Shown here piece by piece: positions 14,334 to 23,532 of a stretch of 33,110 bases of DNA. Made by a program: the position numbers and the translations under genes. Location of the stretch: contig NW_003314265.1 of NCBI RefSeq assembly GCF_000143415.4, positions 3,195,651-3,228,760 on the forward strand, given 5' to 3'. Positions within the stretch are counted from its first letter, which is position 1; every line of letters begins with the position of its first letter. The DNA is from Selaginella moellendorffii (Eukaryota; Plantae; Lycopodiophyta). The notes under the pieces were generated by a model, which saw only the letters and a list, made by a program, of their open reading frames with translations, searched no databases and had not been told where the DNA came from.

Positions 14334-16352
14334 ATAACCAACAAGCTATAGTAAGTGAATGTTATAACCCTTTCCAACACTTTATAGGTAAACCCTTAAG
14401 GAACTAAAGTACCAACTTGAGCTTAGTATAATGGATCACTATCGAGAATCAAGTCAAAGCTACTGCAATGTTACTACTTGCAAATAGACTACCTTCACCA
14501 TCAACTACTTTGGGGTTGATCATCATTTGACCAAACAACTTCGTAAACACATTATTCATGATCACATAGATATGATATAAAATCACAATAACTTGATCAT
14601 CAATCGAGTAACACCATGAGCAACACCTATATCACTACAACCAAGGTTTATGTGAGTATCAAATGCTAACTCTATTTGATAAAATGCAATATAAATGTTA
14701 TACCCCACCGATAAAAATTTACAACATTAAATATCACCAACTTTATTCACAATATAGACAAGCTCATGCAATTCTCTTTTCTGACCAAACTCAAAACTTA
14801 TCTAACACCAAGGTACTCAAGGAGCAATAGTAAGGTTCCCTAGAAAAAAATTGAGCATTATAACCCAAGTCTTCAATAGTAAGCCTAGACAAAATAGTTT
14901 AGCATTTCATCACTATCCATCCCATAACTCACTATTTGTAAGACTATCATTTCCAACATGCATCAAGGTAGGAATTCTTGATTGCATAATGTGAACACAA
15001 GTAATGAATCACACTTTATTGTTAAATCATCTCTCCAAGAAGAGAAAATGATTTATGTGTTTGATCCTTCGTCCTTGACAACTCTCTTTTCAGGCTCTAC
15101 TTTGACTAAACCTCAAGCTTGCATTCACACTGCGTTCAATTTAATCCAAGAAAAGTTTATAAGAGAGCATGATAATGACTACCTGAACCAAAAGACTAAT
15201 CTCTATAGTCTTTAAGTGATCCACTTATAATCATGCTTAGGAAGGATCCACTAGTGCCATGCTAAGCAACTATAGACTAGCCTATTTGCTAACCTAGAGG
15301 AGGTTTACTTTTTCCCACGGTACATGGAGCAATTCATGGAACCATTGATAAGCTAACATTAATCCTGCCAACTCAAAGTGTAATCTTGAGTTGCTAATGT
15401 GCCTCACTCACGAGCCCAAGTGCAAACTTGTGCAAACAGAACATCTTAATCCATCTTATGAGCCAAGCAAAAACTTATATAATATGGTACAAAAAGGTAG
15501 CCAAAATCCATACCTAATGAACAAATACGAAGTCTTAGCACCCAATTATGTACCTAGGATTATCGTTTTCATCTTTATGTATGCAATGAGACTAGTTACC
15601 CAATCTCATTGGATAGTGCTTCTTGAGACATATTCTCTGATACCAAATATAGCGCATATGGTTTTTACCCTTTATCTTATGGTGATTTACCATAGGATAA
15701 CCATAAAGTGGAACCTAAACCCTCTATATGCCATGTGTCACATGCCACGTGCCATATGCCATGTGTCCAAGGACAGTGGAGCGGAACCCAAGTTTCAAGG
15801 CCTTGGGCCACTAAATGAAGGAACAGTGCCAAACTCACAAGCATGGAGCCAAGGAGTAACAAAACCGAAGCACGAAGTGACTCCCAAGTGTAAAGTTGAA
15901 AGAGCGAAGGGACAGAAGCATAGAGCAACTTGGAATAGTCCTAGAGCATCTAGCATCCCAGTGCCAGGACTAGCACGCAAAATGAAGCCAAGTGGAGTTA
16001 GCATACTAGTGGTCTAACACAAGGATAAAGGTACTCCACTAACTAGCATGGTATAGCTTGGGCTTAGGCTCAAGCCGGATACAAAACAAAGACAAGCATA
16101 CAAGCAGGAGCTAGACTATGCTTTAGGTTGGTAAACCATACCCAACCTACCTACTCTCCCTACTATACATTTAGAACCCCCATATCCCCCCCATGAGGAA
16201 CACGCACTTTGGGCTTTCACCCTTAGCCACCTGTAAGCAACCAAAGGGAACGACTTGAGAGACGATCCATGGGGTTTAAATATAGAGGGAAAGGGCCCAT
16301 GAAAAAGAGTGCACCCCCTTTTCCAATCGGTTAAGGGTCTTGGGATATTTGG

Positions 16353-16408
16353 GGTTAAGCGTCTTTGGGCTTGAATAGTACTGGGTTGGGTGACCTCCCG
16401 GGAAGTCC
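16353..16408 (+). promoter_or_regulatory. 5S rRNA-derived Pol III internal promoter (A box, IE, C box) in the Cassandra 5' LTR
   Basis: GGTTAAGCGTCTTTGGGCTTGAATAGTACTGGGTTGGGTGACCTCCCGGGAAGTCC resembles plant 5S rRNA AGTTAAGCGTGCTTGGGCGAGAGTAGTACTAGGATGGGTGACCTCCTGGGAAGTCC. Confidence 0.92.
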
Positions 16409-16751
16409 AAACTCAGGAGCTTACATTTGGTATCAGAGGGGTCTCGGGTCCGACTCTGTTGGTTGGCTAGGGAAATCACACCACATGTTGATTGACATCT
16501 GGCTGGTCCAGTTTGCTCCCACTGGGCTCGACCCGAGGGGTAGGGTGTCAAGAGAGCGGGGCTCTCGGGAGAGCTGCGGCTCTTAGCTTCCGTTCACGAG
16601 GGCGTGAACTTGCAGGGAAGCGTGGTGGATTGTAAGCAACCAAAGGGAACGACTTGAGAGACGATCCATGGGGTTTAAATATAGAGGGAAAGGGCCCATG
16701 AAAAAGAGTGCACCCCCTTTTCCAATCGGTTAAGGGTCTTGGGATATTTGG

Positions 16752-16807
16752 GGTTAAGCGTCTTTGGGCTTGAATAGTACTGGGTTGGGTGACCTCCCGG
16801 GAAGTCC
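16752..16807 (+). promoter_or_regulatory. 5S rRNA-derived Pol III promoter in the Cassandra 3' LTR
   Basis: Identical to 16353-16408. Confidence 0.92.
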
Positions 16808-19425
16808 AAACTCAAGAGCTTACACCACCCTTAGTACTAGGAGTTAGTTTCTAGGACAAGCTCGAATAAGCTCGAAACTTATTAAATATGGAATGTCCTT
16901 AGATTGCAAATTTGGATATAGGACAAACACTATTGTGTTCAGGACAATCTTCACATTCCATAAATATGCTAAATACACTTTATATAAATAGTATTTGGGA
17001 CCAAAATAAGACTAACACAAAGGGCATGATAACTAGGGTGTTTGGCAGGCATGGTAAGCTATCATCTAATGATATTGATGGACTAGTCTCAATATACAAG
17101 GGTCTTGTCATTAGCCAGTGCAAGACATAAAGAAATAGGAACTCCTTACTAAGCTAAGTATGTTTAGCTACTAACACGTAAGAATTCCGTCCTTATGCTT
17201 GTCCGGTTTAAATACACTTGAAATGCCCAATTAACTCCACTACCACAAGAGGGATTGATAAAGGGTTTAGCAATACTAACCTCCTGCCGTCATGGCAATA
17301 AGGAAAGAATATCTAAAAAGATTAGCTGATAGGTGATTTTAGATACCCAAAGTCACATTCGCAACAAGTATAAGGTTTTTTCTTAGAGAGTTGAGGATGT
17401 GATTCAACTAAGCATTTGACTTAGCAAACTGGCTAATGTGGTTATGGTAAACAACTATAGTTGGGATCACAGGAAGGATGAAGACTCCAAGACAATAAAG
17501 GAGTTATAGAATTATCCTTATATAGTTGAGGATGGTGCTTATGAATTTCATACTAAAATTAATGACCATGAGAGGTCAAATACGGATGCGGACACAAGTC
17601 CTTGAAATGGTAACTGGGGCTAGCTTTAATAAATGCTGGAACAATCTAAGGAGTTGGGTACTTAAAGGATGAGTTGGTATTCTTATCATATAGACAAATA
17701 ATTTTAAAGGGCAAAGATAGCCCACATGGAATAAAGAATAATCAAATGTCAAAATAACACTTGCAAAGATGGTCCTTGTAAGTAGGACATGAATGCAAGA
17801 AGTTGTATTTTAGCGAGTTGGCACCTCAAAAGTAGCCATGAGGCTAAAACTTTATTAGGGGAAAGAAGGAATGCCTCCCCCAAGGCTAGCTCAAACACGA
17901 GAAATGTTTCAATGTTTTTCAAAAATGCCCCCCCCCCCGCCCCCCCCCCCCGTTTTGCCCTTGTGGGGCAAGGGATGAGGAATATTCTAGGAATTGAAAT
18001 ATTCCCTCTCTCACTCTCACACTCTCTAAGTGGCCACTCTAACATATGACCATGGTGGATCGCATTGACTCCAGACATGCGAGAACCCTCCGAAGTACCT
18101 TTGTTGCTAATGCCAAGTGCTGGTAACTACGTGAAATAGTAAAAACTCTGGAAAAAGAAAGAAAAGAGATAGGTGTGAAATTTGAAGACAGAGAGAAAAC
18201 CCAGTGGGAAACCTTGTAGTCAAACTAGACCCTGATATAAAAGAAAAAGTGTGAAAAGAGAAGAAAAATAGAGGAAAAAGATTGAGTATCCAAAGAACTT
18301 AACCCGTACCTGCCTTACTTGTGGCCTTGTCTGTGACCTTGCATAAAGATCCACTTAGGGGGATGGTCCAAAGTTGAGTTGAGCTCAATTCAACATAAGT
18401 CAACTCAAGTCAACAAAGTCAATAAGAAATATTACAAAGGAGATCTAAATTGAACAAATGAAGGTTCTAGCAAACTTTAAAATATTAAAATACGTAAATA
18501 TCTAAGTTAAAAGTTTCTATAAGATTGAATTGTTTAAAAAAGACAAAGTTCATAAGAACCTATCTTTTATAAAACTATATTATTTTATTATGACAACTAT
18601 TACAGCTGTCATATTGGATTTGACTACTTAATATTTTGAATACTTTTACAGCTGTAGATACTATTCCTTCATTCAAAAGATTTTTTAGGGTTCTTGAGAA
18701 GATGGGAAGCAAGGAAAATACAAGATCTGTGAGTAAGAGTTGTAGTGCAAAGGAATGTGAGAATGTTAATTTTGTTTCACTACCACAATCTCTATATTAC
18801 ACTCCTGGTCCTTATTACCCATCTAGGAATGTAGAGACCACTATCACAATTGATAAAAATGCTCCTGTTACTTCTGAAACAACAGTCCAGAGCAAGAGAA
18901 ATGAAGAAATGAACAACATAGCGGAAAACACCAAGAAATCTACTCCATAAAACTTTCCATGACATTTGTAATTTACATATTAATTCATATTAAAAACTCT
19001 ATTGCTTGCCTATATTGCAATCCTCTCATATGATAAGACCAAGGTATATTTTGTAGTGAATCCTCATTAAAAGTTTTTGGGAATTGTTTGTAAATAATGA
19101 TAAAAGAAATCAAAATCTTTCGAAAGACTCAAAAGTAATATCACATCAAAGAATCAACTTTATCTACATTTCCAAGACTGAAAGGCAATCTCATATGAGA
19201 GAATGGTAGCGTGCCAACGTGCTCTACCACTATAATGTGGTCTATATTTCCTTGCAATTTATTTCCCTAGACATTTGGCATGTGTAGAAAAGAATATATG
19301 TGTAGCAAAGTAGGATTCATCATAATGATAGAGCATGTGTATACACGATAATCTAAAATTCTAGAAGCTCTTATGTTTACAAAAAAGCTATGATTATGAA
19401 GCCCCATTTCCAAGACTGACATTTA

Positions 19426-19561
19426 AAGAATTTGAGTATTGTCAGTGTCATAATAAATAAACCTCATTCCCAAGAATTTGAGTATTGTCAGTGTCATAAT
19501 AAATAAACCTCATTCCCAAGAATTTGTATTGTCAGTGTCATAATAAATAAACCTCATTCCC
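19426..19561 (+). repeat. 46-bp tandem repeat, 3 copies
   Basis: AAGAATTTGAGTATTGTCAGTGTCATAATAAATAAACCTCATTCCC twice, plus a third copy lacking 2 bp. Confidence 0.95.
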
Positions 19562-19846
19562 AAGACTAAAACTTAGTATATAAACTATCTAGAAAAGTTA
19601 TAGTCATTGTAAGTTTTTTGTTCTCCTTGAGCTCCTTAGAAGTTTATATTGAAATGGCTCAAAGGAGACTTATTGCTAATCGTATTTGGCCCCCCAGCAT
19701 TTCATATTAATCTCCACCTCCATCCCCAAGTTCTACCAACATTCCANNNNNNNNNNNNNNNNNNNNNNNNNNNNNNNNNNNNNNNNNNNNNNNNNNNNNN
19801 NNNNNNNNNNNNNNNNNNNNNNNNNNNNNNNNNNNNNNNNNNNNNN

Positions 19847-20464
19847 GGGCTCTAGTGAAGCTGAATTAGAGCTCCCTATATGTGAAATTCCAGATCTTGC
19901 TACTAGAGAGGGATTGCCTCCAGTGCTTCAAGAGCAATGCCACATGTTTTTGCAAAATCTTGCTCCTGACATGGCAGGACTACTTGAAAGCATAGAATGT
20001 TAGTACATTCGGTGTCCAATATGCTACTTTTTCTTGGACAAGACAAATGGCTTTATGGGTTTACAAACTTTTCTTGAGCACTGTAAAAATTGCCCAACGG
20101 CAAGTCTGGAAAATGTGCACGTGTGGATGTACAATAGATTCAAGAATGAGTTACAGACACATACCCACTATCACTTCATGGTGAGGAACAACATCCCTTT
20201 GGGAAACACTGCATTGGCTAGTGCAAAATATGGGGTTTTTAGGCCACCCTATAGTGGAATGTAAGATCTAGAATTACTTTACTATATTATAGTATTGTCA
20301 CTATTAAAAGAAAAAATATAATAAAATGATATTAGTTGTAGGTAACATACCTTGTTCTAGGTGCTATCATATCACATACAATTGTTTACAAAATGTTAAA
20401 GGAGGAGATGGCAACACACAAGTGCTACAAAGTGATGGTGACAGGTGAGAATGATAATCTATAA
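19847..20464 (+). pseudogene. Fragment of an unknown gene with a Cys/His (zinc-finger-like) motif
   Basis: ORFs 19686-20003 and 20034-20264 share a frame across a TAG and read RCPICYFF...LEHCKNCP. GTAAG donor at 20261 and a possible last exon at ~20361-20464. The 5' part is lost in the N gap. Confidence 0.45.
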
Positions 20465-20551
20465 TTATGGTATCTGACACTGACACTGACATCTGACACT
20501 TTCACTGACATCTAACATATAACAAGCTTTCCATTTTATGTAAGGATGCGA

Positions 20552-22497
20552 TTAATTTTCTTCTGCATCATCATCAACATAATGATTTCTTTTATACTTC
20601 CTCCTATATTGGTATTGTGGGGAAGATTCACCTTGCATATGTTGAGCCATGGCTTCTGCATAGTCAGGGAGACTTCCAAAGCCTCCAATTCTAGAAACTC
20701 CAAGTGACTGTGATCTATAAAATAGAATGAAATATATATTGAAATTTTAATAAACATAATTTACCTCCTTGAGGTTGAAGGCAACTCACGAAATCCTCTA
20801 AGCCAGCATTTGAAGAAGTGATGTTCTTCAATAGCAAACACTGACCTACCAGAGTTACGTGCTGCCTCCACCATAGAACCGCTACCTGCTATGCAATCAA
20901 TCACAACACCATCTGGTGGGCAATAGAGCTCAAGCAAGACTTGCATTGCCGATGGAGTTTGGAATCAGTACTCTGGAAACGTATTGCGGATCTGCTCATC
21001 CACAAGGTTGGGTATGATGTTAGTGGAACTGTCATACCCAGGCAAAACACGTGCTGCACATTCACTATCGCGAAACCCATCATGTGTGTTTCTGCAAAAG
21101 GCATGATAGGTCCACATCATAACCTAGAAAATAAAAATGTTCAGAAATTAGATAAAAATATAAAATACATACTCACCTTTTCAGGCTTCCCTTGGACGCC
21201 CCTCATATCAACGCCAATAGGATCTATGATGCACCCGGAAGAGAATGACTTGAAATGAACTTCTACTACACACATCATAAGCTCATACATCCAGTTGGGG
21301 TCGTTCGGTAGGATGAAGACGACATGGCCAGCTTCGAGCATAAGTGCTTCGAACAATAGGAATGCATCGCGCAAGTGGTCAGGTGTGAGAAAGTTCCAAT
21401 CCTCAATTTTCCCATCGATATCTGAAAGACCATTTGGAAAGTCGAAGAGAATGAAGTCCGCAACTGGGAGCACGGGCCTTTGTATCTTTCGGCACCAACG
21501 GTTAAACTGGCGGTGTATATCCATGTTGATGTCGTCTTCCGTGAAAGATGTCAATAATCTACTGTAAGAGCCAATAAAGATACCCACAATGCCTCGTTGG
21601 GTTATTGGGGACACAGGACGGACCTATAAAAGAGCTAAGTGAATGAAAAAAATAATAAATAGTATGATACTGTTATATGGCGTGTTGTCGATGAGAGTTC
21701 CTCCAACTCCTCTTCACGAGCATCTCGTCGAGCTGGAATGAAATTACTACCAACAGTCATTGCTGCAAAAAACATGTATTACCACCTTTAGTTTGTAAAA
21801 TTCACTTTTGCTTACCTCGAGGTTGACGTGATATTCTATGAACCACTTGATCATCATTATTTACTGGTAGAACCTGATTCGGATTTTGGTTATTTGATGG
21901 TTGAATTGGAGCCTGTTCCTGACTGTCTGGTGGTGGAACACAAACTTAATCTTGAGCTTCCTCATCCTCGTCTCCATTGTGATTTGCATTGCCATCATTG
22001 CTAGCATTGATAATTTCCTCACGATCTAGTGTAGAAGTCTCCTTCCCTAGGAGCTCCAACTCCCAAGGGCATTCTATCTTCCGTGCCTTCAGAACTCTCG
22101 CAAACATTGTTGGGTACATTCTTCCATCCCTTACACCCTTTGCAACAAGTCGAGTGCAAATTGGTGCCTCAAATGGCATGCCTCTATATCGAAGATACCT
22201 GTAAACAATATATATTAAAAAACAGTCAAGCTCTATTTCGTTAAAGTGGGAATTGTCATTATCCCACTTGTAAAATAAGGTTTCCAAACCTTTATATAGT
22301 ATATAAATATAACAAAATTCAACTGCATTGAGGCATATGCCATTTTATTTTAAACAAGGAAATGTCTACTCAATCACTTCTCCTCCCCCTGCCACTGCTT
22401 CACCTCTCTCTTCTCCTTGTCATCGTCGTCCAATTTCTTTCCATCCTTTTAATATTGGCTCAGTTGCTCCGAGTCTAGGTGGAGCCCAAGTCCCCAT
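20552..22497 (-). pseudogene. Spliced beta-class N4-cytosine/N6-adenine DNA methyltransferase-like gene
   Basis: Phase-consistent GT-AG exons: 22370-22497, 21816-22198, 21671-21762, 21177-21623, 20765-21123, 20552-20714. Motif IV-like ADFILFDFPNG (cf. DLIxTDPPY) lies upstream of FQTP..MQVLLELYCPPDGVVIDCIAGSGSMVEAARNSGRSVFAIE (cf. QKP..VLDPFxGSGT..AA..GR..IGIE). In-frame stops at 22420-22422, 21946-21948 and 20965-20967. Confidence 0.8.
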
Positions 22498-22669
22498 TCA
22501 ATCTTTACTTTCCCCTTATTAATAAAACAACTTCGCAGACTTCCAATAACATGCTGTAACACTTCTAGTATAATGCAAATCCTCTCAAAGAATTGTCTTT
22601 TAATATTAATACAATGGCATGGAACCCCATGCCATAATAAGTTACATTTTTAAATAAATACATGCCATC

Positions 22670-23532
22670 TCAGACTATTATTTTTTGCCTCCAACGCCTA
22701 TACAATAATCTTGGAATTTCATCACTCTCCACACTATCAGGATTTAAACCCAATAGTAATGCCATCTCTTCTCTAATACGTCCATGCTCATGTTCAGTGG
22801 TCGAAGAACCCATCCGGTTGAGCAGATTATGGAGATGCGGATAGTGCTTGACTAGACAATATACATGCCATAAATGATAACTGGTGTCTATCCGATCAAA
22901 TGGCTTCTGATATACCGTTCCATCTGCCATTTGGTTGATTTCTGCAGCCACCTCCTGGACTGGCCAGTTCTCTATCACCATCGCTCCAAGCCGTTTTGCA
23001 AGGTCCCCCAGAACATACGGTTTCTTCTCCCTAGTTTCCATATTGCAAGAGATGGGGTGCACTGCATATGTGTGCGTGTTTGCTGCAGTTTTAATCGGCG
23101 AGTCATCAATGATGAGGATTTCACTTGACCTAGCAGTCCGGTTCATCACTACAGCCTCTGGCTTGACGAAGATGGGCTTGCTACCCCTCACATGGACCAT
23201 AGTCAAGCAATCCTCCTGCGTTAGGAGAAAGTCAAATGGTAATATTACTTGCGTCTGATCGTGCATCATCTGTAGCAACGTTAATGCATTGTGGCGCATC
23301 ATGGATGTCCAAACTCCTAATTACAAATTGAACCCGGCCCTCTGTTTTAAGTGTCGCATGGTCATTATTAGATCCCGCAGTTTCTCCCGTGTGATTAACG
23401 TGAATCTGTCTCTTTTGACCAACTTGTGACCGCAGGCTTTGGAGGGTGCAGTGACATTCGAGGACGAGCCATGCTCATGGGAGAAAAGGACACCGTTCAG
23501 ATCAAAAACGATACAGTACTTTCGCCGTGACT
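22670..23532 (-). CDS. Exon encoding a HAD-superfamily FCP1/NIF-like phosphatase domain (one internal stop)
   Basis: Motifs DLNGVL, WTS and IDDSPxK..N....HP. ORFs 23321-23554 and 22670-23302 are in frame. Confidence 0.8.

Larger units (their letters stand above)
16232..16824 (+). mobile_element. Cassandra TRIM (non-autonomous LTR retrotransposon with 5S rRNA-derived LTRs), 593 bp
   Basis: 194-bp LTRs at 16232-16425 and 16631-16824 (one mismatch), TGTAAGC...GCTTACA termini. PBS TGGTATCAGAG at 16428-16438 and a purine-rich tract before 16631. TSD CCACC at 16227-16231 and 16825-16829. The empty site is visible in the sister LTR at ~4829. Confidence 0.97.
4242..17366 (-). mobile_element. Old LTR retroelement, superfamily unresolved and internal region heavily decayed; hosts two nested insertions
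   Basis: Direct repeats at 4242-5363 and 15648-17366. TSD AGTAT at 4237-4241 and 17367-17371. PBS (minus strand TGGTATCAGAG, tRNA-iMet type) at 15635-15645. PPT (minus strand AAGAGGAGGAAAG) at 5364-5376. Confidence 0.9.
15648..17366 (-). repeat. 5' LTR of the outer retroelement, interrupted by Cassandra
   Basis: T(A)TAG...ACA termini and adjacent PBS. Visibly diverged from the 3' LTR, with many transitions. Confidence 0.9.

Noticed and set aside
15391-16017. 208-aa ORF
   Set aside because: It spans the PBS/LTR junction antisense to the element, has no motifs, and the equivalent frame is not kept in the sister LTR.
16353-16807. 5S rRNA genes
   Set aside because: Only ~56 nt of the internal promoter region is present, embedded in LTRs with PBS and TSD. 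This is Cassandra, not rDNA.
18636-18950. 104-aa ORF as a gene
   Set aside because: No recognisable motif. It might be an upstream exon of the 19847-20464 fragment, but this cannot be supported across the gap.
19426-19561. CRISPR-like repeats
   Set aside because: Head-to-tail copies with no spacers.
20536-20757. 73-aa ORF as the last methylase exon
   Set aside because: The phase-2 donor at 20764 requires a different frame, ending at the stop at 20552-20554.
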